Assembly: GCA_965202985.1 (NCBI GenBank)
Contig: CBDBCF010000001.1
Location: forward strand, 832,001 to 896,000
DNA from: Longimicrobiales bacterium
GTDB taxonomy: Bacteria > Gemmatimonadota > Gemmatimonadetes > Longimicrobiales > Gaopeijiaceae
Direction of reading: 5' to 3'
Length of the DNA: 64,000 nt
Numbering within the stretch: position 1 is the first letter of the stretch; the number at the start of each line of letters is the position of its first letter. Position numbers and translations under genes: made by a program. The notes below the pieces were generated by a model. That model saw only the letters and a list, made by a program, of their open reading frames with translations, made no database searches and was not told where the DNA came from. Positions 1-9,170 of the stretch are shown here, piece by piece.

Positions 1-276
1 GACGCCCTCGGCGTGCTCTGCCAAGCGCGCCACTTCGTCGGCCAGCCGCTCCAGGCCGGGGTCGTCGCCGAAGGTGCGGGTCTGCTGGGCGACGGCCGTG
101 GCCAGGGCCGGTGCCGGTGCCCAAGACCAAGCCGAGGCCGGGACGGCTGCAACCGCGACGGCGGCCGCAGCGGCAAGGAGCGGGAAGCGAGCGGCGAGCG
201 GGAAGCGGGCGGCGCGACGCCTCGCGGGCGCGGCGCGCCTCACGGACAGATCGGACGCGGAATGCGGATTGGTCAT
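1..276 (-). CDS. Exported protein, runs off the window edge (possibly a serine hydrolase)
   Basis: ATG at 276 preceded by AGGAGG; reads MTNPHSASDL...LLAAAAAVAVAAVPASA (signal-like)...LERLADEVARLAEHAEGV. Not in the ORF track; product is a guess. Confidence 0.5.
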   Translation of the reverse strand, partial: MTNPHSASDLSVRRAAPARRRAARFPLAARFPLLAAAAAVAVAAVPASAWSWAPAPALATAVAQQTRTFGDDPGLERLADEVARLAEHAEGV

Positions 277-328
277 GGGACCTCCTTGGGGGCGGGCCGG
301 GACTGAGCGACGTACATTACGGACCGTC

Positions 329-1411
329 ATGACCTGCGTACAGATTTCGGGCACGGGCGCGGGCGTTCGGGCCACGGCCGTTCGCGTCGCCGTCGTTGCG
401 GCCCTGGCCGTCACCGCAACGTGCGGCGGCGGTTCGTCCGTAACAACGCCCCCCGATCCCGACCCGCCGCAACCGCATGCGGGCCCCTGCGTCGCCGTTG
501 CAAGCTGCTCGGCGCGCCTTGCCCTGGGCGCGGGCGCGTTCCTTCCCTACTACGCAACGCACCAGCTGGACGTGGGCGCCGCGGCTCAACCCACGCCCGC
601 GACCCGGGCCGTCGTCGTGGTTCACGGCAACAGCCGCAACGCCGACGACTACTTCGAGCGCGTGGTGGCGGCGGCGGAAGGGGCCGGCCGTATTCAGTCC
701 ACGGTCGTCGTCGCGCCCCGCTTCCAGACCAGCGACGACGGACCGGGCGCCGGCGAACCCTACTGGACGAGCTCCGGCTGGAAGCGGGGCCACCCCTCGG
801 AAGGAGGCGCCTCGCCCGCCGTCAGCTCCTACGCCGCGCTGGACACCGTGCTGGCGCGGTTGGCGGACCGAACCCGCTTCCCCGGCTTGACGCACTTGGT
901 CGTCACCGGCCATTCGGCGGGCGGCCAAGTGGCCCATCGCTACGCCGCCGGAAGCCCGATGGAGGAACGGCTGATCGGCATCGCCGCGCGGTACGTGGTC
1001 GCCAACCCATCCACCTACCTGTACCCTACGCCGCTTCGCGAATGGGCGGGCCGGTTCGTGACGCCCGAATCGGCGAACTGCCCCGACTACGATTCCTGGC
1101 ACTACGGGCTCCAGGACCTGCCTCCCTACATGCTTCGGGAGGGCGCGGACAGCGCTCGGGTCCGGCTGCTGCGGCGAGACGCGATCGTCCTGGCCGGCGA
1201 TCAGGACACGGGAACGTCGCTGCTGGACCAGTCGTGCGGCGCCAACTTCCAAGGCGCCAACCGCTTCCAGCGCGCTCAAGCCCTGTTGCGCACGCTGGAC
1301 CACGTGTTTCCCGGCGAGCATCGGCATCGCTTGGTCGTGGTGCCCGGCGTGGGCCACTCCAGCGCGGAGATGTACCAGTCCGCCCCCGGGCGCCGAGCGC
1401 TCTTCGAACCA

Positions 1412-1414
<3 letters not shown>
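329..1414 (+). CDS. Alpha/beta hydrolase, probable lipoprotein
   Basis: VVHG, GHSAGG nucleophile elbow, C-terminal VPGVGH; hydrophobic N-terminus ending ..TATC. Start estimated. Confidence 0.8.
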
Positions 1415-1484
<70 letters not shown>

Positions 1485-1516
1485 GCACCAAAGCTAACCG
1501 ACCCGACAAGAGAACG

Positions 1517-3265
1517 ATGGCAAGACTCCGACTACCGGGGCTGGGGCCGATCGTAGGCCACACCACCGACCGCACGAGCCGCATCTGGGTTCGCGCCGAT
1601 CCCGAGACCGACGACGGCGACCACCCCGAGTCGAGCCGTCGCACCGTGGCCGTGGTCGGCGTGCTGTCCAAGAACGGGCGCGCCCTGAACCCCGTCAAGA
1701 CCTTCTACTTCCGGCTCCATCGCGAGTTCGACCGAAGCGGCAGCATCGAGCTGGGCGCCGACACGCCCGGCTTCGCCCTGGAACCGGACTCGGAGTACGC
1801 GGTGCGCGTGGGTTGCCTGGTCCTGGACGACGCCATGGAGGACGACACCGAGTTCGAGAGCGACGAACTCCTCAAGCGCCTGCCCCGTTCCACCGTCTGG
1901 CGGGACGACTTGAAGCGGTTGGACCCGACCAAGGCGGGCGCGCTCGTGCGCACCTTCCCCGGCGGCGCGGACGACGGCGGACGCACGAACACCGACCGGG
2001 ACGAAGGCGCACGCGGCGACGCAAGCGGCGCGAGCGACGGCGCAGGCAAACAGGCCGGGCGCCTCGGCTTCCTCTTGGGTTCGTGCCGCTACCCCGGCCT
2101 TCTTTGGAAGGTCCGCCACTCGGATCGAATCTTCGGCGCCATGGCGGCGATGGCGGACGCCGCCGCGACCGAGGACTCGCCCGACCGCCCCCGCTTCGTC
2201 CTGATGGTGGGCGACCAGATCTACGCCGACCTGTTCAACAAGCGCATCCCCTTCGGCCGCGCCGACACGTACCGCGAGTTCCGCGACCGCTACCTGACCG
2301 CCTTCGGGTCGCCCAACATCCGGCGGCTCATGCAGCGGCTGCCGACGTACATGATCCTGGACGACCACGAGATCGAGGACAACTGGTCCCAGGACCGACT
2401 CCGCCGCTCGGCCCGCTACCACCTCTTCACCATCGCCATCGACGCCTACCTGAGCTACCAGTGGAGCCACGGCCCGCGCACGTGGGGCCGCCGCCTCTAC
2501 TACCGCTTCGACTGCGGCGTCTTTCCCTTCTTCGTCCTGGACACGCGCACGCAACGGTTCGTCGAGGGCCGCCCCGGCGACCTGTCCCGGAACCACCTGC
2601 TGGGCCGGCCGACGCTGCCGGGCGCGCCTCCGGGGCAGCTTCGGCGCCTGCTGACGTGGTTGGAGGAGCAGCAGCGGACGCGGGGCAACGTGCCCAAGTT
2701 CGTCGTCACGTCGGGAGTGTTCGCGCCCAGCCCCATGTCGGCCCGAACGCCGATGGTCGAGACCGACCCGGAAGCGCTGGAGCGAAGCGACGGCTGGCCG
2801 GGGTTCCCCAAAACCCGCGGCGCGGTGCTGCGGCGCATCGTGGACGCGGGCGTGCAGAACATCGTGTTCCTGTCGGGCGACATTCACTGCTGCAACGTGG
2901 CCGAGCTGTTCTTCTCGGGGACGCCGGGCGCGGAGGACTTGAAGGCGTTCTCGGTCACGTCGTCGGCGTTCTACTGGCCCTTCCCCTTTGCGGACGGCGA
3001 GCCGTCGGACTTCGTTCACGACTCCCGGGCCGAAGGACAGGAGGACACCTTCGTCTTCGAGGACGGCGAAGGCCGGCGCGTGTCGATGGACTACCGGACG
3101 CGCAACTTCTCCCAAGAGGACAACTTCTCGCACGTGACGGTGGATCGGGCGACGCGATCCTTGCGCGTGCGGGTCTTCGACGCCAAGGGCCGGCTGGTCG
3201 AGGAAGAGGACGGCGAAGGCCGGCGCCGCGCCTTGGACGCCCGCCTGGAGCTGGCGCCCTGGTAG
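1517..3265 (+). CDS. Alkaline phosphatase D (PhoD) family metallophosphoesterase
   Basis: GSC, GDQIYAD, DDHEIEDNW, LDTR and LSGDIH motifs. Confidence 0.9.
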   Translation: MARLRLPGLGPIVGHTTDRTSRIWVRADPETDDGDHPESSRRTVAVVGVLSKNGRALNPVKTFYFRLHREFDRSGSIELGADTPGFALEPDSEYAVRVGCLVLDDAMEDDTEFESDELLKRLPRSTVWRDDLKRLDPTKAGALVRTFPGGADDGGRTNTDRDEGARGDASGASDGAGKQAGRLGFLLGSCRYPGLLWKVRHSDRIFGAMAAMADAAATEDSPDRPRFVLMVGDQIYADLFNKRIPFGRADTYREFRDRYLTAFGSPNIRRLMQRLPTYMILDDHEIEDNWSQDRLRRSARYHLFTIAIDAYLSYQWSHGPRTWGRRLYYRFDCGVFPFFVLDTRTQRFVEGRPGDLSRNHLLGRPTLPGAPPGQLRRLLTWLEEQQRTRGNVPKFVVTSGVFAPSPMSARTPMVETDPEALERSDGWPGFPKTRGAVLRRIVDAGVQNIVFLSGDIHCCNVAELFFSGTPGAEDLKAFSVTSSAFYWPFPFADGEPSDFVHDSRAEGQEDTFVFEDGEGRRVSMDYRTRNFSQEDNFSHVTVDRATRSLRVRVFDAKGRLVEEEDGEGRRRALDARLELAPW

Positions 3266-3269
3266 CGGG

Positions 3270-3896
3270 TCAGCGGCCCGCGTCTTCCAGGGGCAGCTCC
3301 ATCTGGAGGAGCCCGAAGCTGGTGCGGTGGTGAGGGGTGATCCCCGCCTTCCGCAGCGCTTGGCGATGGCGTGGCGTGGCGTAGCCCTTGTTCCGCTCCC
3401 ATCCGTAGTCCGGGTAGCGCGCCGCCAGCAGGGTCATGAGTCGGTCCCGGCAGACCTTCGCCACGATCGACGCGCACGCTACCGAATGCACCAGGGCGTC
3501 GCCTCCCACGACGGCGTCGTGTTCCCAGTCCACTCCCGGCACCGGCAAGCCGTCCACCACCACGTGGTCGGGGGGGAGCGGCAGACGGCCCAGGGCTCGC
3601 GTCATGGCGCGGGCGGTGGCGCGCAGGATGTTGACTCGGTCGATCTCCCGGACCGACGCGGCCCCAATCGAGACGGCCGCGGCCTGCGCGTGGATATCTC
3701 CGGCTAGGCGTTCACGTTCCTCCGGCGATACGACCTTGGAGTCGGTCGCGCCATCCACGAACACGCCCTCCGGAAGGACGACCGCCGCGGCGACCACCGG
3801 ACCCGCAAGAGGCCCGCGCCCCGCCTCGTCCACGCCCGCGACAACGGCCTGCCCGCGCTTCCAGCACCGGCGCTCGTATGCGAGGCGCCCGGTCAA
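3270..3896 (-). CDS. rnhB: Ribonuclease HII
   Basis: [34 protein letters not shown] start overlaps the rplS stop. Confidence 0.95.
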   Translation of the reverse strand: MTGRLAYERRCWKRGQAVVAGVDEAGRGPLAGPVVAAAVVLPEGVFVDGATDSKVVSPEERERLAGDIHAQAAAVSIGAASVREIDRVNILRATARAMTRALGRLPLPPDHVVVDGLPVPGVDWEHDAVVGGDALVHSVACASIVAKVCRDRLMTLLAARYPDYGWERNKGYATPRHRQALRKAGITPHHRTSFGLLQMELPLEDAGR

Positions 3897-4264
3897 TCGG
3901 GACGGACGGACCGCTTCTCCTTGATGCGGGTGGCCTTGCCGCGCCGGCCCCTCAGGTAGTAGAGCTTGGCGCGCCGGACGCGGCCCCGTCGCACGACCTC
4001 GACGCCGCCCACGGTGGGAGCGTGAACCGGAAACACCCTCTCCACGCCAATTCCGCCCGACAGCTTTCGCACGGTGAAGGTTTCGCCCATCCCCGAGCCC
4101 CGGCGCCCTAGGCAAACGCCCTCGAACGCCTGGATGCGCTCCTTCTGTCCTTCGCGGACTCGGTAGAGCACGCGGATCGTGTCTCCGGGAGCAAAGTCGG
4201 GAAGGTCGTCGCGGCCGTGCTCCGCGACGTGTTCGGAATCAAGTTGTTGGAGGATGTCCGCCAT
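3893..4264 (-). CDS. rplS: 50S ribosomal protein L19
   Basis: PDFAPGDT...ERIQAFEG...[12 protein letters not shown]. Confidence 0.98.
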   Translation of the reverse strand: MADILQQLDSEHVAEHGRDDLPDFAPGDTIRVLYRVREGQKERIQAFEGVCLGRRGSGMGETFTVRKLSGGIGVERVFPVHAPTVGGVEVVRRGRVRRAKLYYLRGRRGKATRIKEKRSVRPD

Positions 4265-4325
4265 TGCCGGGCTCCTCTATGCGGGCCGCAGAAGCAGAAA
4301 AAATGTGCGTGAAGGGTAGCCTTGG

Positions 4326-4355
4326 AAGATAGCGCTCGCTCGCCTTGGACGCCAA
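4326..4355 (-). promoter_or_regulatory. Putative sigma70 promoter for rplS-rnhB
   Basis: TTGGCG-N18-TATCTT on the minus strand, ~60 nt upstream of rplS. Confidence 0.4.
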
Positions 4356-4371
4356 GGGAGCGGGTGCCGCG

Positions 4372-4668
4372 CTACCGGGCGACCGAAGCGCCGTTGGCCG
4401 CCTCGGCCAGCAGGTCGTCTCCCGTGTCGCACTCCACCACGGCGTGGCCCACATGCAGCAGCTGCTCGGGGCCCATCGTCCTCACCAGCCCCTCAAGGCG
4501 CTTTGCCGTCTCCGCCCCGAACTTCCGAGACGCCTGCTGGAGCACCATCTCCCGGTGACCTCGGGCCACGCCCCGCTTCACGCCCTTCTTCACGCCCCTC
4601 ACCATGCCCTTCGCCATGCCCCTGCGCTCGTGTCCCTCCACCCACTCCTCGTAGTACGTCTGCCCCAT
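4372..4668 (-). CDS. Putative intragenic small protein (RpnS-like), in frame within Rpn copy 1
   Basis: GAGGAGG 8 nt upstream of an in-frame ATG (MGQTYYEEW...), 98 aa. Confidence 0.55.
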   Translation of the reverse strand: MGQTYYEEWVEGHERRGMAKGMVRGVKKGVKRGVARGHREMVLQQASRKFGAETAKRLEGLVRTMGPEQLLHVGHAVVECDTGDDLLAEAANGASVAR

Positions 4669-5553
4669 CTCCAACGCCTCCTCTGGCTGAATGATCCCCT
4701 GCACGATAACTACCCTCCGCTCCGCCGGCACGCCCGCCGACCGCATCCGCTCGTCCGTCCACTTCGCGAACGCCTCCCGTAACGACGCCTGCGCCTCCCC
4801 GGCCCACTGCCCCGCCAACGAAGCGTGTACGCGCGGAAAGGCCGCCCCCAACGGCTCCCGCTCCAACGCGCCCAGCCAGCCCAGCAACGAGTCCGCTGGC
4901 AGCAAGCCCTCCGCCGACGCCGACTGCAAGTCCAGCACGAAGCACCGATGCGCGGTGCCGAAGCCGGCTACGGCGCGCGCAACGACCGGCGAAGGCGCCG
5001 GCGTGCGTGTCAGGGCGGCCAAGCTCGTCTCCGCCGGCCAGCGCTTCGGGCCGGTGTGAAGGACGCAGGAGAGGAGCAAGGGCACGGCGTCGCCGGGGTC
5101 CAGCATCGTCGGGTTGTCCCGCAGCGCCTCGACCATGCCGATCGCGTAGTCCAAGGTGCGAAGCGCCATGTCGGGATCGTGGGACGCCTGGAACTCGACC
5201 AGGAATACGACCGAGGCCTCGCTGTTCTTGAACCAGACCCGGAGTGCGAAGTCGGCCAGCCTGCGCTTGAGGCCCTTGGAGATCGTCTCGGTGGGAACCA
5301 GCGCGGCGGTGTCGAGGTCGAGGTGCTCGTGCCACTCGACGGCAAGGAAGTCGCGGATCAAGGACTCGATCGCCGTGCGGTGGGCGAAGAGGCTCTTGTA
5401 GGTCTGGTCGTGGCGACGGCGCTCGCGCTCTTCGGGCGCGTCGTCCTGGGGGTCCGGGGCATCGGCCGCGTGGTCGGGCTGATGGGACGAGTGGGGGGCG
5501 TTGGGCGGTCGGCGTTCGTCGGGGAGTCCGCGTTCGTCGGGGGGTCGGTCCAT
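4372..5553 (-). CDS. Rpn family recombination-promoting nuclease (YhgA/Transposase_31-like), copy 1
   Basis: HDQTYKSLF, LDLDT, ADF, LVEFQA..D..MALR, HTG..RW; C-terminal G-x-x-(K/R)-G repeats and KFG tail. Confidence 0.85.
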   Translation of the reverse strand: MDRPPDERGLPDERRPPNAPHSSHQPDHAADAPDPQDDAPEERERRRHDQTYKSLFAHRTAIESLIRDFLAVEWHEHLDLDTAALVPTETISKGLKRRLADFALRVWFKNSEASVVFLVEFQASHDPDMALRTLDYAIGMVEALRDNPTMLDPGDAVPLLLSCVLHTGPKRWPAETSLAALTRTPAPSPVVARAVAGFGTAHRCFVLDLQSASAEGLLPADSLLGWLGALEREPLGAAFPRVHASLAGQWAGEAQASLREAFAKWTDERMRSAGVPAERRVVIVQGIIQPEEALEMGQTYYEEWVEGHERRGMAKGMVRGVKKGVKRGVARGHREMVLQQASRKFGAETAKRLEGLVRTMGPEQLLHVGHAVVECDTGDDLLAEAANGASVAR

Positions 5554-5907
5554 TAAGCGAGCGGCCTTTCCGGCGCGGGGGCTTGTGCCGCCTCTCGGGC
5601 GGATACCCGAACGATGGGGCCGAAAACGGGGCATTTGGATAGCTGGTTGGGACCGACTTTTCGCCGGACTTCCAGCGTACGCCCGCGAACCCGCGCAACA
5701 CCCTTGTCGCACAAAGGACTACGCGCATCCCGGACAGCGGAACTTCGGTCTGCTTGGAATTCAGCCGGCCCGGCAGATGAAGCCAAGGGCACCCCCTTCC
5801 CCTCCGTTTCCGTCGCGGCACGCCGGGCAACCTTTCGGAAACCGTTCCGCGTCCGTATCATGTCGGCAGGCTGGCAGGGTCCAACCAGAGGAGGAGGTTG
5901 CAAGAAG

Positions 5908-6504
5908 ATGAGGACGAGACCGGGAACGGGCGCCTTGGCCGCGGTGGTGATCGCGGGGAGCGCGGCGGCAGGGGCGGGAATCACCGCAGCGCTGGCTGCA
6001 AGGCACGGCGGACATCACCACCACAGGCACGTCCACATGAGCGTTCGCTGCGCGGAGGCGCCCCATGCGAGGGAGGCCGGCGCGACAGTGGTCGCGGTCG
6101 ATCCGACCGGGGCCGTCGTCGTGAGCGGCGCTACGATCACGGACAAGCGCAGGAAGGTTCGGAAGCGACGGCGCTGCCGTCGGGCCGCAGGCGAGGGAGT
6201 TCGCATCGTGGTGACGGGGAAGCACGCCTCGGGCGCCGTTCGGTCGGGCCACGCCGGATGGTCGGATCACGCGACGGAAGCCGACGCCTTGCGGCTCCGG
6301 CTGGACGACGTGCGCGTCCGTTGGCGCCTCGGCCAGGCGAGGAGATCCTCGGGAGACGCCACGGAGCGCATGAAGCAGGCCGTGGAACGCATGGAGCACG
6401 CCATGGAGCGCGTGGAAGCGCAGGTGACCGCGGCACAACAGGAGGCGGAACGCTTGGCCGCGGAGTCCTCGGCGTCGGAGCTCCAGCCGGGCGCCGGAAA
6501 CTAG
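5908..6504 (+). CDS. Hypothetical protein (hydrophobic N-terminus, His-rich and Arg/Lys-rich patches, coiled-coil tail)
   Basis: GAGGAGG upstream of ATG; AAVVIAGSAAAGAGI, HGGHHHHRHVH, MKQAVERMEHAMERVE. Confidence 0.6.
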   Translation: MRTRPGTGALAAVVIAGSAAAGAGITAALAARHGGHHHHRHVHMSVRCAEAPHAREAGATVVAVDPTGAVVVSGATITDKRRKVRKRRRCRRAAGEGVRIVVTGKHASGAVRSGHAGWSDHATEADALRLRLDDVRVRWRLGQARRSSGDATERMKQAVERMEHAMERVEAQVTAAQQEAERLAAESSASELQPGAGN

Positions 6505-6539
6505 GGAGCCCGCTCCCGAAGCCGACTCGGACGAACGCC

Positions 6540-7313
6540 ATGCTTGCCAACTCGTACCGGACTCGGGGCGCCAACTTCGCCTTCCTGGCGGGGCCGCCCC
6601 GGGTCCTGACGCGCCAGACGGGGATGGAGATCCATTCGGCGATCTGCGAGGCCCTGGGCGCCGACGACCTGTCGTTCAAGTACACGCCGGGCACGAGCGC
6701 GCCGGGTAGCGAGAAGCCGTTCGCCATCCAGCTGGCCCGCGACCAGGAGCCGGAGAAGCTGACCGTCGAGATCAACGGCTCCGTGCAGAACACCCCCCTT
6801 CGCCTGTTCTTCGGCTACGAGTGGCCGCAGTCGAACCACATGGCGTTCCAGGACTTCGACTTGGTGTGCGAAGCCGTTTTCAAGGTGCTGGGCGACGGCT
6901 GGCAGCGCGTGCTGGCCGAGGCTCGGGTGCGCGGGCAGGTTCACGCCAAGGGCGACTCGGCGGTGGCGTTTCTGGGGCAGAAGGTCCTGGGCGACGCCAC
7001 CGGCAACGACACCGGCGAGCTCTCCTTCGCCGCCTTCAAGTACGAGACCGCCGCCGCGGCCTTCCCCGAAGACGAACCGCTAGCGAATCCGAAGCGCGAC
7101 GTGTCGGTCGAGGTGCTGCGGGACGACGCCCGGTGCATCTACGTCGAGGTGATGTCGCAGTGGCCGCAGCTGGCCGCCGAGCCGAGCACGACGCTCCAGA
7201 TCGATCCGGACAAGATCCGGACTTTCGAATCGCCCCCCAGCATCTACTTGAACGACACGATGGAGTACACCGAGTCGGTGGTGCTCCCCATGCTGGAAAC
7301 CGCGTCAGCCTGA
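6540..7313 (+). CDS. Hypothetical protein, 257 aa
   Basis: Globular composition and GC-rich third positions; no motif recognised. Confidence 0.7.
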   Translation: MLANSYRTRGANFAFLAGPPRVLTRQTGMEIHSAICEALGADDLSFKYTPGTSAPGSEKPFAIQLARDQEPEKLTVEINGSVQNTPLRLFFGYEWPQSNHMAFQDFDLVCEAVFKVLGDGWQRVLAEARVRGQVHAKGDSAVAFLGQKVLGDATGNDTGELSFAAFKYETAAAAFPEDEPLANPKRDVSVEVLRDDARCIYVEVMSQWPQLAAEPSTTLQIDPDKIRTFESPPSIYLNDTMEYTESVVLPMLETASA

Positions 7314-8057
7314 CTCCGGCGACGGGCCTTCGTCCGCGTCTTCGCCGCGCTCGCCCAGGCGGCGGGTCAGGCGCAGCGACTCGGCTTGGCGCCACGCCCG
7401 GATGCGCTGGTGGTCGCCGCTCCGCAGCACCTCGGGGACGCGCAGGCCGCGGTACTCGGCGGGGCGGGTGTAGGACGGCGCCGACACGCCGGGGCCGTCG
7501 TAGAACGAGTCCGTAGACGCCGACTCGTGGTCGCCCAGGGCGCCGGGCAGCAGCCGCACCACGGCGTCGGTCATGGCCAGGGCCGCCGCTTCTCCACCCG
7601 ACACCACGAACGGGCCCAGCGACAGCTCTTCCGTGGCCAAGTGGGAGGCCACCCGCTGGTCCACGTCCTTGTAGTGGCCGCACAGGAACGTGACCTCGGG
7701 CTGCAGGGACAGGCGCACGGCGTCGGCGTGGCCGAAGCAGGGGCCGCGGGCCGAGAGCAGGACCCGAGGTCCCTCCGGCCGCAGGTCGTCCACGGCCTCG
7801 AAGAAGGGTTCGGGCTTCATGACCATGCCGGGTCCGCCGCCGTAGGGCTCGTCGTCCACCGTCTTGTGGCGGTCGCGAGCGTAGTCGCGCAAATCCACGA
7901 CCCGGTAGACCGCCAACCCTGCCCGCACTGCCCGCCCGGGGATGCTGCACGCCAGGGGCTCGGCGAAGAACTCGGGGAAGATCGTGACGATGTTGATCCG
8001 GAGCGGTCCTTCGCCCGACTCGGTCGCCGGGGGCGTCCGGTCCTGCGCGCGCGTCAC
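7305..8057 (-). CDS. trmD: tRNA (guanine37-N1)-methyltransferase
   Basis: TIFPEFF, VDDEPYGGGPGMVMKPEP, SLGPFVVSGGE, YTRP, VPEVLRSGDH. Confidence 0.97.
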   Translation of the reverse strand: MTRAQDRTPPATESGEGPLRINIVTIFPEFFAEPLACSIPGRAVRAGLAVYRVVDLRDYARDRHKTVDDEPYGGGPGMVMKPEPFFEAVDDLRPEGPRVLLSARGPCFGHADAVRLSLQPEVTFLCGHYKDVDQRVASHLATEELSLGPFVVSGGEAAALAMTDAVVRLLPGALGDHESASTDSFYDGPGVSAPSYTRPAEYRGLRVPEVLRSGDHQRIRAWRQAESLRLTRRLGERGEDADEGPSPESG

Positions 8058-8641
8058 GGAAGCAGGCCGGGGGGCGGATCGACCACCATGCGCCGGCGCT
8101 CGCGGTCGAACGACACCACGACCTGGGGCGAAAGCGGGACCAGGGTTTCCCCGTCGGGTCCCGCCACCTCGAGCAGGTCGGCGGGGCACACCGGATAGAC
8201 CTCCTTGACGCGGCCCAGCAAGGCGCCGTCCACGGTGGCCACCTCGGCGCCCAAGAGCTCGTGGTAGAAGACCTCGCCGTCCTGGGACGGGTCGATGGAC
8301 TCGAAGGGGCGAAGCAAGTAGCGGCCCCGGAGCGCATCGGCCGCGGCGCGGTCCTCGATGCCGACGAACTTGGCCAAGTAGCCCTTCCGATAGGGCCGAA
8401 CCGACTCCAGGACCAGCGGGGACGCCGTTGCCGAGGGCGCTCGGCCCGCCTCGTCGGCTTGGTGGTGAACCACGCCGGGCGCGAAGTGGCTGCGGGGGTA
8501 GTCGGTCAGCGGCCACACGAAGACTTCGCCCCGAACGCCGTGGGCCTTGTTCAGGTGGCCTACGACCAGGTACGGCGGATGCTCGGCCTTCCCGGCAAGT
8601 TCGGCTTGCCCGGCGACGGGGGACGAACCATCCGCCGTCAC
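8054..8641 (-). CDS. rimM: Ribosome maturation factor RimM
   Basis: AHGVRGEV, FY.HEL.G, C-terminal PPPGLL; synteny with rpsP and trmD. Confidence 0.95.
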   Translation of the reverse strand: MTADGSSPVAGQAELAGKAEHPPYLVVGHLNKAHGVRGEVFVWPLTDYPRSHFAPGVVHHQADEAGRAPSATASPLVLESVRPYRKGYLAKFVGIEDRAAADALRGRYLLRPFESIDPSQDGEVFYHELLGAEVATVDGALLGRVKEVYPVCPADLLEVAGPDGETLVPLSPQVVVSFDRERRRMVVDPPPGLLP

Positions 8642-8648
8642 TCCGTCG

Positions 8649-9134
8649 TCACTCCGCCGGCGCGTCGTCCGTCGCAGGCTCGTCTTCGGCGGGCTCGTCC
8701 TCCGCGGGCTCGCCTTCCGCAGGATCGTCTTCTGCTGGCGCGGCTGCCGCGGCTTCGTCCGTTTCCGGCGCGTCCTCCGCAGGCGCGCCCTCCGCGGGCT
8801 CGTCCACCTGCGCCGCGTCCTCGGCCGCCAAGTCTTCCGCCGCCGGCGGCTGCGAAGGCTCGGCTCGCTCGCCCAGCGCGACCTTGGCGTCGCCCCCGGC
8901 CCGAGCCTTGGCCACCAGGCTCTTCACGGTGGCGGACGCGACCGCGCCCCGTCCGACCCAGTAGTCCACCCGTTCCAGATCGACCACCAGCCGGGCCGGA
9001 TCGGGCAACGGGTTGTAGTAGCCCAAGTTCTCCACGAAGCGCCCGTCCCGCGGCGCGCGGCTGTCCGCCACCACGATCCGGTAGTGCGGCTGCTTCTTCT
9101 TTCCCATCCGCCGGAGGCGAATACTTGTCGACAT
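8649..9134 (-). CDS. rpsP: 30S ribosomal protein S16 with acidic C-terminal extension
   Basis: [36 protein letters not shown]. Confidence 0.98.
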   Translation of the reverse strand: MSTSIRLRRMGKKKQPHYRIVVADSRAPRDGRFVENLGYYNPLPDPARLVVDLERVDYWVGRGAVASATVKSLVAKARAGGDAKVALGERAEPSQPPAAEDLAAEDAAQVDEPAEGAPAEDAPETDEAAAAAPAEDDPAEGEPAEDEPAEDEPATDDAPAE

Positions 9135-9170
9135 TGCTGTGGTCGTCTTCCCGGGAGGCTGTGCCCGTGA

